The notes under the pieces are model-generated. The model was not told where the DNA came from, did not search any database, and saw only the letters and a program-made list of their open reading frames with translations. From Octopus vulgaris (Eukaryota): 64,000 bases of DNA. Position 1 is the stretch's first letter. Each line of letters begins with the position of its first letter. The DNA is taken from positions 160,766,001-160,830,000 of the forward strand of contig OX597814.1 in assembly GCA_951406725.2 (NCBI GenBank), given 5' to 3'. This document shows positions 25,813-38,481 of the stretch, piece by piece. The translations under genes and the position numbers were made by a program.

Positions 25813-27217
25813 TATTTTATTTTATTTACGTGTCTAAGAGGATTTTTTTTGTCAGAGGTCTGAAACTGGTAGATGGAGTGAGGAAAGACTCATTATTTCT
25901 CCTGGTCCAAAGTGCTTATAACACTAAATCCTCTCAAGAATCAGGGACATGATGTTAAATCAGGTGAAGGATTAGGTCTAACACCTAACAACTGGCACAA
26001 TGCAATTTTCAAGACTCTGCATGGTTTCCATCTACCCAATTTCACTCACAAAGCCTGCACAAGACCAAAATTATATTAATATTACAAGATATAACACTTT
26101 TCCAGGTTTCATTGGACTGTGCAGCAGTCCAATGAAACCATTAAAAAAAAAAAAGATTTCTTATATCTGACTTAATAATTTTCTTTGGTGTTGTCCAACT
26201 ATTTCATGCATATTCATATTTTTAGCTTAAGCCTTTTTCATGTCAACCAGTCATATCTAGCCCAAATATCCTATCTGTTTTATTTTCAAACTAGCTACAT
26301 CTGATCTCTCACACTTACCCTACAATGTCATTCTAAACATAAACAACTATATCATTGAAATTTCAAAGTTACAAGATTATGAACGATCGATTCAAAACAA
26401 TGTGAATAAATATGCATCACATTTGACAGAGTAATCTGAATATTAAAAGGTTAAGTTGTGGTGGTTGTTGTGAATGCAGAGATGGTAATTAACATGGTAA
26501 ATGTAATTAGCTTCTAAAATAGCTATGATATCAATGTACAGCTGCTATTGATTGACAGCCAAAGCCAAATCATCTTAACTGCAATTCATTATCATCATCA
26601 TTGTTTGAACATCCACTTTTCCATGGGTCAGAAGATGGAATTTGTTGAGATGGATTTTCTAAAGCTGGATGCTCTTCATGTCACCAACCCTCACCTGTTT
26701 CCAAGTAAGATAATATTTTCCCCATGACCGGACATGTTTTCACAGAAGACTGGAAATGAAGAACATCGCTTGTATGATGGTGACACTCATTTACAATTAT
26801 CATGTGATACCAAGGCAAGGAGACAATCATACACATACACAGACAATGGGCTTTCTTTAGTTTCCATCTTTCAAATCCACTCACAAGGCTTTGGTTGGAC
26901 CAGGGATACATTAGAAGACACTTGTCCAAGATGCTATGCAATAGGACTGAACACTGAACCAGTCCTATTGGTTGGAATTAGAAAGCAAATTTCTTACCAC
27001 AGAACCACACCTGCAATTCTAACATTGAAAATCTGAACTTCCCATTGAGTTCTCCTCACTTCAGTGTAACAAGCAAAATGTCATCAGGTCTCATCAATTT
27101 GGGGGGATTTTAGCAACAGAAGAAACTACTGTACTTAGTAGACACAAGCCCAAAAGAGTAGAAAGAATGTTCTACTTCAGTTTGATGTTTGTTACAAGCA
27201 TAAAACCCATGAATATT

Positions 27218-27413
27218 CTTTTCTACTCTAGACACAAGGCCCAAAACTTTTGGAGAGGGGCCAGTCGATTAGATTGCTCCCAGTACACAACTGGTGCTTA
27301 ATTTATCGACCCCAAAAGGATGAAAGGATGAATTTGAACTCAGAACATAAAAACAGATGAAATACTGCTAAGCATTTCACCCGGTGTACTAACGATTCTG
27401 CCAGCTCACCGCC
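27218..27413 (-). mobile_element. tRNA-headed SINE (ggcggtgagctggcagaa family) with 26-bp TSD
   Basis: Same head as 46666-46872; flanked by ttacaagcataaa(a/c)cccatgaatatt at 27192-27217 and 27414-27439. Confidence 0.9.
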
Positions 27414-29495
27414 TTACAAGCATAAACCCCATGAATATTGAACAAATAATAAATTGACAGCTAAGATTTTAATGCAAATGATATTAAACATAAGAAGCAT
27501 CAATGTGAGACAAAAAATAAGCAACTAGGCCAATGATGACACACCAGTCACAAATGAATTATCTGTGAAGCACAAGATACTCATTGAGATAATCTACCTG
27601 TTAAAATAAAGATAAAACACTATGGTAAAAATACAGTACTTAATTTTAGAAAAGAAAATGGCAAGAACTTTGTTGTGTAATCAATAATGCAGTTCCCTAG
27701 TAAGCGATAACTATATGATTTAAGTCCCGCAATGAGCCTGTTGTTTTTTGGGGGGTTTTTTTACAATTTCAAATTGGTATTTACAACTTCTCATATAATT
27801 TACATTAAAATTATAGCTGTTAATTTATAATTAGATCAATTGTGTTGAAAAAGTTTGATAAATATTTTTTTTTATTTTCAACTCTAAATAAGCATTTCTA
27901 AGAAAATCTACATTTGATGAAATTTTATACTCATAATGACAATGTTGTCTGGAGCCTGAATCATTTGGTTGCCATATAAAATCTAAATACAACAAAAAAA
28001 ATGAATACATTTTGTTTTTAATTTTATCATGATACAAGTTATTTTTATCCTTTGATTACTTGCCTGTAGATCTCACAAGCATGCCATCCAATTCACGCAC
28101 TTTAAATTAGCAAGCCATTATAATACAAATCATTAAAGAAAAACTAATTATATGATTTGTTTCAAACATTCAGACAGTAGAAGACATATTTCTTCATCAT
28201 TGCTTCTCCATTATATCTCTACTGAGAAAGAAAAACAGAACAAACAATTTTACTTCAAATCATGCTCTACCATCTTAAAGAAGGAAGACCACAATGGACA
28301 ATGTAGTCCACAGTATATACAGAGAAAGGATGGTCACAGCTAACATACTTTCGGCCATACGTCTACTGGACCAGAGCTAACTTGGAGTTTAATAATAATA
28401 ACAAATATCAGTTACTTTTACAATGCACATTCCACCATGTAGAGTAAAGCATTCCAGTACAACAGTTAGAACATTCCATTCAAGCAAAATTTGCCTTTTA
28501 TTCAATAATTACCACAATACACTGGAATTAATTCAACTCACTATACAGGGATTAGTTCTAGCAATAAATTTCCCCGCAAGCTTTTTTAACCCTTTAGCAT
28601 TTCAACTAGTCATATCCAACCAAAATAATCTACCTGTTTTATTTTGAAACTGTCAGATCTGGTCTTTCACATTTACTCTACGATATTATTCTAAAATCAT
28701 TGAAATCCCTAAGCTACAAGATAATACATGACCAACTCAAATCAATGTGAATAAATAAACATTAAATTTGACAGAGAAATCTGAATGCTAAAAGGTTAAA
28801 AAAATTTACAACTATAATACGTAAAAGGATTTCTTAATATTATATGCAACAATCTTCATTTCACTGTAGTTCTGTGATACTAGAGATTTCTAGAAACCAT
28901 TTGCTGTAATATGCCATGGTACAAAAGCTTGCAAAATTTTTTTAAAGTATATGATAGTTGTACAATAACAACAAAACAAACAGAAAGGTACTTTTACGTT
29001 TAAACTGTAAAAGATATTTTTGGTTACATAATTGTATGCATCTTTCACTTTCTCTCTCTCTCTCATATACACTTCAGCTGTTTGTTTCATTTTAATGGTA
29101 AATCATTACAAGGCAAATTGTCATAAGAATCATTAGTGATTACAGATATTCAAAGCCATAATCAATATTTGTCTTGCTTTGCTTTGGATCTTCACAACAT
29201 ATGTCTTGAGTGTTGCTAGACCTGGAAGAGCTCAAATCTCTCTAGCTCTAACCCTTTAGCATTCAGATTAATCTGTCAACAGTAAAGCTTATTCATTCAT
29301 GTTTCCAATTAATTATGCATTATCTCATAGTTTTGGGATGTCGAGGAAGTGATTGTTTATTTTTGAATGACATTGTAGGGCAGGTGCAAGTATGAAAATA
29401 AAACAGGTCAAATATTTGGGCCATATATGGCCTGTTCAAATGCTAAACACAGCCAATTTCTTCCAGAAAGACAGACAAACAGAAGAAACACAGAC

Positions 29496-29870
29496 AGGCA
29501 CAGCTGTGTGATAAGAAGCTTGCTTCCCAACCACATGGTTCTGGGTTCAGTCCCACTGCATGGCGCCTTGGGCAAGTGTCTTCTACTATAGCCTCAGGCT
29601 GACCAAAGCCTTGTGAATGGATTTGGTAGACGGAAACTGAAAGAAGTTTGTCGTGTGTGTGTGTGTGTTCCCCCATCACTGTTTGACAACCAGTGGTGTG
29701 TTTTTTTGTGTCCCTGTCACTTAGCGGTTCAGTAAAAGAGATCAATAGAATAAGTACCAGGTTTTAAAAAGTACTGGAATCGATATATTCAACTAAAAAG
29801 TTCTTCAAGGCAGTGCCACAGCATGGCTACAGTCTAATGACTGAAACAAGTAAATAGTAAAAAAAAAAGT
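29496..29870 (+). mobile_element. SINE of the 25413 family
   Basis: gctgtgtgataagaagcttgcttcccaaccacatggttctgggttcagtccc ... gactgaaacaagtaaa. Confidence 0.85.
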
Positions 29871-30699
29871 AAAAAGACAGATAGAAGAAACACAGACAGA
29901 CAGTGAAGAATCAACTCCAAGCAACTCTGCCAATTCACTACCTTATTATCACAATGTGAATTATTGATTACCTCATTATTTGACAACTGAAATTGAACAT
30001 TATCATCAACACAGCATAATAATACTAAATTATTAAGAACTAACAAATAAATTCCAAACATGTGATACAGTCTGAATGGAACATTTTCAGAAGAATATTA
30101 CTCCAACATGTCAAAGAAAGTGATAAAAGCTGATGCACATTGGAGTTCTATTTACAGAGACATTTCCTGGAATAGATAAATTGTTCAGCCTAAAATGCAA
30201 AAAAAAATTCATGTCTGAAATGTCAAATTTTGATGATATTTGTTGTCATTTGATGAACAGCCTTGCCATGACTGGCTTATATGTCATTGTAGATGCACTT
30301 TTCTAAGATTAAAAGTGTTGTAGTTAGTGGTGAGGAAAATCTGGCTGTTATTTCAGGCTAAGTTACTAAAAAAAAAAATCTTGGTAATCCATTTGTAGAA
30401 AATTTACAGCATTTGTCTCCTCACACCTGTGCTTCCACCAAACTTTAACACACACCCCACAAAAATTCCTTCATAACATCCTTCTATTTCAATTATTTTA
30501 CTATATATTAATTAACGACTGCAAAATTTCCCCTAATGCACAATCCAACAAAAGTGACTGGATTGCTTTTAGGGTGATGGAAAGAATGGTGTATTTTCCA
30601 TCACCCTAAAAGCAATCTAGAATTTGCTCCTCGCCTCACAAAACCCTTGAATCTTGCCTCTCTACAAAGATTTATCCCAATCTATGGAAATACACTGGA

Positions 30700-31320
30700 G
30701 TGAGTCACATTCCCAAGAAAGAAAATTACTCAGCTACTGCTACTAACCACTTACTACTGTCACCTGATAACCTTTCAAAGTTAGCAGAAACAAATTGCAA
30801 ACAAAACCACTTCTTCACTTTGAACCTTCCTTTTACCATCTATACAGTTTCCCTTATGGATAGGTCTAACAGAGAATTGCTTTTTATGTCATGCAGTGGT
30901 CTCTCGCCTTTGAGGACTTCAGTGAAAGCAATGCTGTGGTCCTTAACAACAACAAAACCTTCAGTACTATTTAACACAAGAACCTGCAAGCTAAGTTGCC
31001 AACCTAGTGGATTTATTTATCTCATGGATTAGTAGTTTCTTTTCAGACAGCTCCAGTGCAGCATGTTGTGGAGGAACACTCTCAGACCACTTTTTAGCAA
31101 CTCTGATACAGTCCAAATTTTGGTTGTTTTGCACACTCTACCTCCACTACATTAATAACCAACTGTTGTTATTGATAATTATGTATGCTACTTATGTAGA
31201 TGATACTGTTGCTCACTCATTGACCATCTATGCATACACATCATCCTCATGCAACCTAACTGCCTCATGCCAGAACTTCATCAACCTGAAATGGGATGAC
31301 AATCTGAAACTTCAAAGTTG
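30700..31320 (+). pseudogene. CR1/Jockey-type LINE reverse transcriptase relic
   Basis: WSLAFEDFSESNAVVL, LFISWISSFFSD and YVDDT (YADD equivalent) occur in order across frameshifts. Confidence 0.7.
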
Positions 31321-33769
31321 CTGGCCCTTCTTTCGTGGTGACCACATTTCTATAACATTGCCAAAATAGTACCCTAAAGTCTAGTCAGGGCAAGAAAAAT
31401 AGTGTAGCTCCAATCAGTAGCTGACCAACCCTCTACAAAGCTCAAGTAAGACTTACATTGAAGAACTACAAAAAAACAGATGGTGCTGCTACTAATATAC
31501 ACAAATATCCCAGACTGCATCCAGCACCATTCAATTAAATAGTAAATATTCTTACACCATCACATTATAACCATTTTGTCCCAGATGTGCTGTTTCTACT
31601 CTGTATCTCCTCTTTTGCTAGTACAATGGTTTCTGTTTCCCTGAACTATCTTGTTGCATGCTCACTCCACCCAAGCCTGTCTAATACACTCCTACTCTGA
31701 CCCCTTGTCAAACCAACCCACTGAAACATACACTTTGTCCATGTTTTCAATATTGACATTGATTTAGAGAATGCAAAACAGAATATCAATTTCACCAGTC
31801 TGTGAAGGCCTGCAAGAGTCACAGACACGAAGCATTCCTCTTCCTTTGTCCAACTAATATTAAAACAATATAAACCGAACAAATAAAATTTTCAATTTGA
31901 CCCTAAACAAGATTTAAATGGGTACAGTCAAAGGTAACTGAAAAATAGAAACTTGAACTGGGGCTGGACTTTTTTTTCCTTCCTTCCTCTCTCTCTCTCT
32001 CTCTCTCTCTACAGAAAGCTGAATAATTAACTGATTTAACTAGACTTAGCCATGTCTCCTCTCCAACAGCAGTACATCAATACCATAAAAAAATGCTACA
32101 GATTGTCTCCATTGAAGTTGGAAATAGCTGCACCATTCAGTGGCCATTCAGAAAGTATCTCATTAGAATAGAAAATGTAGTTTTAATAGGCTGCTGCTGC
32201 TGCTTCTGTGGCTGGTTAAAACAGCCATGACATTTCTAATCTTTGAAAAACAAAAGCTAAAATACAATTATTATTATTATTATTATTATTATTAGCAATA
32301 GTAGTAGCCATAGTAGTATTTGCTAATTTTCTTTGTGAATATCTCTTGTCAGCTTGGGAACAAATGTTACATAATCTATATGGAAATACTTGTGATATAA
32401 ATAAATATTGTAGGAGAAATAAACAAAACAGTCAAATAATCCAAAGTCAATATTCCAAACATTAATTATAAATAATATAAAACAGCCCAAAAACATTAAC
32501 AGTTATATCAATATAATCTACTTTCAAATGATAAACAATCACAAAACAACAACAAATGGTGATAGTGATTGTGGTGATGGCTAAGGGGTTGTCGTGTTAC
32601 ATTTTCTTAATGCTTAGATAAATTCAATAAAACTGGAACACATCTAAGAGTCAAAAGACATCTAGAGTACAGTAAACAATTTCATATGTTCAATGTGTGG
32701 ATGTGTTGTTTACAACTTCTTGAAATTCCATGGAGGGGGAAGCCAATCCCAAGATTGCATTACATGAGAAAGCTAAACATTTGAAATTTCTCTATTAATC
32801 TTTTCTCATAGCGTGAATGTCTCTGGAAAGTAGTTTTGAATCTAGTCACATTACATCTTAGCTTATCTGAAGCTGCAATATTAATTACAAATTAGAACTT
32901 AGGACTAGGTCACATTAACCATTACACACCAAAGGAGTCATAAATAAAAAAGCAAACATGAAATGCTGTTATCATTGAGAAAAGAAACTCTAGATTTGAT
33001 TCAGAAAAACAACCAGTTGATTTATTAGAGAGATTATTGGAATATTCTGGGTTAACGGAAAGTCGGTGGGGAGAGATACTGCCTTTTATTTCTTGAAGAA
33101 AAATAATAAATGTGTGTATGTAGATGAGACAGAGGGGAGCATATGGGAGACAGAGAGAGAGAGAGAGATCCTGAAAATAAATGTGAGATTGTGCATGAGA
33201 GGGAAGGAGCAAAAGAGAAAAAAAGTGTAAAAGAGTGAAAGGAAAAACCATTTCTTGCTTTTCTTAATGTAAAAAGAACAAAATATAATCCATCACTGTA
33301 ATCTCTGTAACTGAATTCAACTGAACACACCAGCAAATAAAATGAGTTTATAGTATATATATTTCTTTCTTCTTTTACTAGTTTGGACTGTGAAAAAGCT
33401 GGAACACCATATTCAAAGATTTAGTTGAACATATCAACTCCAATCAGTGTATATTTTCGAGTCTGGTATTGTTTTCACTACATCTACTTGTTGAATTACC
33501 AAGTTGTGGGACACACAAATTCTGGATTTTTTTTAAGCAGAGTCAACACAAGAAGACAGAGGTGTATGTGCATACAGATGTATATATCAGTGATGGAGGC
33601 AGTATTAATACGGAGGTAATATTTATTCCCACTTAAACATGATGTTCTATTAGAACAAACTTTACTGTGGTAGATACCATGAGAGAAACTCTCACATAAG
33701 CTTTTGGTACAAAATGTATACTTGTTTATATTGCTATTGGGGAGATAAATCCCCACCAACTCCAGCACC

Positions 33770-33826
33770 GAGAACACCAGATCACATGGTTTGAACCTTC
33801 CTTGATCTCATCAGTGATGAATGCTC
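33770..33826 (-). ncRNA. Possible decayed type I hammerhead ribozyme
   Basis: Minus strand gagcat-tc-atca-CTGATGA-gatc/aaggaa/ggtt-CAAA-ccatg-tgat-ctg-gtgttc. Stems I and II can form, but the GAAA box and cleavage triplet are damaged. Confidence 0.4.
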
Positions 33827-34061
33827 GACTGCTAGAGATAGCAGTGAATCACCTGCCCACCATCAATATATAGCAAATCAATGCTAGAACAGGTGCTGAT
33901 ATCACGATTACCCAGTGAGCTTGTTAAAAAATATATATACTAACAACAGAGTCAGTTTCAATACTGAGAGGTAATATCTATTCCCACTTGGGTGTTCTAT
34001 TAGAAAAAAAAAACTTTACTGCAGTAGACACTATGAGAGAAATTCTCACATAGGCTTTTAG

Positions 34062-34410
34062 TGCACTTGTGCTGGTGCCATGTAGAAAAGCACCCATGCT
34101 GGTGCCACATAGAAAAAACACCTGTGCCAGTGCCACATAAAAAGTAATTTGTTAGTTCCACATGAAAAAGAACCAGTGCCATATTAAAAAGTACCCACGC
34201 CAGTGCCGCATATAAAGCACTGATACTAGGGCCATGTAAAAAGTACCAATGCCAGTACCACATAAAATGCACCCAGTACACTCTGTAAAGTGGTTGGTAT
34301 TAGGAAGAGTATCCAGTCACATGCCAAAACAGACAAGTGGAACCTGGCCAGCTTCTGTCAAACCATCCAACCCATGCCAGCATGGAAAACAGACGTTAAA
34401 TGACGATAAT
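34062..34410 (+). mobile_element. RTE-family 3' end copy with expanded gtgccacataaaaagcacc subrepeats
   Basis: About 8 short subrepeats, then the family terminus ccatgccagcatggaaaacagacgttaaatgacgat. Confidence 0.8.
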
Positions 34411-34987
34411 ATGCATACACATATATAATTTCAAAATACTTTGTAACTAAAGTCTTCACCCAACATCAGATGTGTCTTGAAATGGTATCAACAATGTGTA
34501 GTCATTGCTTTCCAACAATTCCAAATGAAATGAGATTTCAAAAACAATACGATTTTTCATTCAAATTCCTTCCTTCTATCAAAAAGGGAGCATTAAATAG
34601 ACAGAAAAATCCAATAAATTTTTACTAAACTGTCCTTCCTCTTCTATTCAAATGTAAGAATTCAATATAAGTTCAAGAATTCAATGGTATTAGCATCATT
34701 CAAAAGAAAACATTTCTCCGGCTTCCATAGCTGTTAATGTTCTCTGTGGTATTAGCATAAGAATTACAGATGGATTTATTTAATTTCAATCTATATTCAG
34801 CCACTGTTTTGCAAATAAAATTCACTGCAACTCTGATCTATCAAGCTAAAAGTCAAGTATTGTAACTACACAGCCATCACAATTAATCTGTATCATGATC
34901 ATCATCATTACTACTACTACTACAATTACTACTATTATTGCTACAATTACTATTATTATTACTATTGCTATTATTATTACTATTATT

Positions 34988-35534
34988 AAGTGAAAGAGCA
35001 GTGCATGCCATCAAAGTGACACTGAGGTAAAATATACGAAGCCTAGTATACCCATCATGACTACCCATCTGATAAGGGTACACCAAGCACATGCATCACA
35101 ACCATATATGCATAACATGGTGATCTCATATCAAGATAATAATGCATGACCTTGCAGGTGGGGTCCAGTTAGAATTTTCTTCAGGTCAAGTAGCCCATCC
35201 CACTCAAAAGGTCCCTGAATAAGAGCTGTTTAAGGATGTTGAACGAAACACCCATGTTTCCAAAGTGAATTATCGAAACCCCAGAGAATTCCTCTCAATA
35301 CATGGCTATGATGTTCCTCCACTACTTCTGCTCGTGATCGGAGATGCACATATCATCAGCTCCTAAGGGACATGCTCAACTGGTTGAGGTCAAACAACTG
35401 ACAAGCAAATCTGTGGTATTGAGCAGAATATTTGCTGTAACCCATCTTTTATACCAAAACAAAACAATGTACATGATAACACTTCCAATGAGTTAAGATC
35501 AGAAGCCATGAGAGCCACTGCCTGGTACTGCATC
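34988..35534. repeat. ~550-bp unclassified element between (TAT/TAC)n tracts
   Basis: Block of higher GC bounded on both sides by the same trinucleotide microsatellite; repeat status from recall only. Confidence 0.5.
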
Positions 35535-37799
35535 TATTATTATTATTATTATTACTACTACTATTTTTGTTGTTGTTGTTCAGAGAGATTTATTTGCTTG
35601 GTCAATAAATATGATTGATCATTAAGATCAGACTTTTAAGGTGATCCAGCTGACTAAACTGATTTGATAAGAGAATAAAGTTAAATGGAACTTTGTATGG
35701 AATGAAATTCAACACTTTATTGATCTACTTAGGGTCACTTGGTCCCATGGCTGTTATTAATCTTATGCAATAACAAAATATAATATTAGAACTAGGTTCT
35801 GGATTGTATTTATTTTAAACAAAAGAAAAACTACTAGACTAGATTGTAGATCCAACAATGAAACTGAAATACACTATTATTGCTGATGTAATTTTTATTG
35901 CTGTTGTTCAGTTGCTGTAATTGCTGTCACCAACCCAATCCCTACCATAGAACTAGTTAACCAAACAGCTGCTGGTGGTAATTTCTAAATAGAATATGTC
36001 AGAAATGGTAGTTTTCAACCAATTTATTATTGGTATTTATTTGCAAATTTCAAAGAATTAATGGTTTGTTTGTTTGTTTTAAGTTAGGTTTTAGCAAAAT
36101 TCTTATAATAGAACAGCAAAATAAGAGTTGCCAACTAAAATTATCTCGGGAAGACAAGAAAAAAATAGCCATTAATACCATTGATATTTTAAGCTTATTT
36201 TTCCAACCTTGTAACATTTCTATAGAATAAGAATTATTGCACTGTGTCATTAATGTTGCAAGTTATAACTGTTGTCATTGCTTTTTAAATTTCATTCCCA
36301 AACTGACAAAAAAAAAACTCTTTCATTCATCAAATTGGTACATTTTACTAATCTAATTTCTTCAACCAAATGGTGTCTGTACCCAGACACTTCTATATGT
36401 GGTATATCTCAGTTTAAATTCGAATAAACTTTATATAATCAACATCATTACATTCTTTCTATATGTTCTTAATTTTTTTTTTTGACAAATATATTTATGT
36501 AATTTTGCTTATGTATCATCAGTATTTTACATCTAAATTGCTATGGATTGCACTGGTCTCACAGAATTTCATTGTTGTACTTTGTTGTCTGATATAGTAC
36601 ACATAACTGAGAAAACTGGCCATTTTTACTTTGTTAGTCATAATTTTGACATGGTTTTTGTAGCTGGGTGCTCTTCATATCACTAACCATTGTAAATGAA
36701 AACAGGCATTGTGGCTTAGCATGATGTAATGTATTATGCAACATCATGAATGCATGAATAGATGTAACCATAAGTGCAATGTTCTAAACACTTCTTTGCA
36801 AGTGCATTTTGTGTTTATTCCATACTCAAACCTTGTCAAAAATAATGGTACTTTGTTAATATACATACACAGTATTTGAATAAGTACAAGATTCTTATAC
36901 ATATCTTTTTATGTAAAAGCACATCACCCACCCCCATTTACGTGCGTGAAAGAGAGAGGGGGGAGATAATTTAGTTGGATATAAGTACTGTAGAGTATTT
37001 GTATTCTAATTTACCAGTTTTTGTTACCTTAAACCAATATAAACATGAGATGGTGGGGGTTGCATATATTGGCTCAGACTTATCTCTAGGTATTTTCTCA
37101 AATTACTTGCTCTTAAACTTACTCAAAAGTTAACACTGGATATTCAACAAACCATATTCAACTTCTTTCTGCTCATGAGTATTACACACATGTAATATAG
37201 TCTGTTTCATACATTAAGACAAGATAAACTACTTTCTATCCTCTTAGATCTAATAACTAGCTCTCATTAGCACCATTTCTAGGACTGATTATGTCACAGG
37301 TAACAAAAACATTTTTAGCATCTTCCTAGTTGCCTATCGTCTTCCTTTCAAATATTTAAAGGTTGGTTCCCTACTAAAATCCATTTCTCTAGTTCTATTC
37401 TCAAAGCCTTAGTCTTTATAATTTTTTTTTAACATATATTAATCAGTTTAACACTACCACCTGAATATTGGATTGACTCATACTGTTAAAACTCAAATTC
37501 AACAAAGATTTTAACCAGATTTAAGGATGGCTTCATATCTTGATGTGCTTCTTTCCACTGCATGTTCCTTGGTTTATGGTGCCGTTACCTTGATATGTAC
37601 ATTAATTGACTAAGTGCTGCTGAAAGAAACTGGATAATCATGCTTTCACTGGGAGATGCTTCAATGAACAACAGGTATCTGTTCATTGAAGCAGTGCAAG
37701 TTCAGCAAGTGCGAATAAATTGCATGCACATGCTGCTCATGTTTGGGAAGTTAAAAAGAAGAGTTATGATTTGCATTGGAATGTCTGTGGTGAAGAGTG

Positions 37800-38150
37800 A
37801 AGTAAAGAAAGAAAAGTGTGGATGACTGAACGAGACTTTAGGATACACCAAAAATGAGGGCAGGGAGGAACAGGACCTCCATCAGCACATTCTATAATGA
37901 TGTGATTAGACAGCAAGTTTCCAATCCAAGAAATGATAGACAGGTGACAGTCATAGGTTGGTAAGTTAGGAGGTTCTCATACCAGACTGTTAAAGCCTTT
38001 GCTGATATCAAAAGTTCTCACTGGTGAGAAACTACTGATGACTAACAGGAGAGTAAGATTGTGATAGATATTGTTCTATGGAAACAGTATTAGTGGTCAC
38101 TGAACAGGGAAACAAACTCGAGACGATGGAGGTTATTTTTGACAACTGTT
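37800..38150 (-). pseudogene. CR1/Jockey-type LINE reverse transcriptase relic
   Basis: Minus strand DISKGF..VW (cf. DISKAFDxVWH) and ISWIGNLLSN. Confidence 0.55.
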
Positions 38151-38460
38151 TACATTGCCTTTAAGATGTGGGAAGAGAGTGTGGCAGGGTAGGACAGACA
38201 CCCCTCTTTAGATGGCATGCATGTTCAAATGATTTCATAATTTAACATGCAGTGCAATATTTCATAGCTAAACAGGTATGCTACTTCTTATATGAGACCA
38301 GTATTGCATGATGGAATATGTGTGTATATGTAAAATATTACTTGATTTTTAGATTGCCATTGGAACAAAGAGAAAGAGAGACAATACCAGTTATCAAGCT
38401 TCAAATAAAGTGAGCTAAAGGAACAAATTAAAAAAAAAAAAAGAAATCAAATCAACATAC

Positions 38461-38481
38461 CTCAAGCTTTGTCTTAAGCAT
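38461..38481 (-). CDS. Candidate alternative first exon, MLKTKLE (phase 0)
   Basis: taacATG context, strong GAG|GTATGT donor followed by T-rich intron; unique CpG-containing sequence upstream at 39.0-39.3 kb. Confidence 0.3.
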
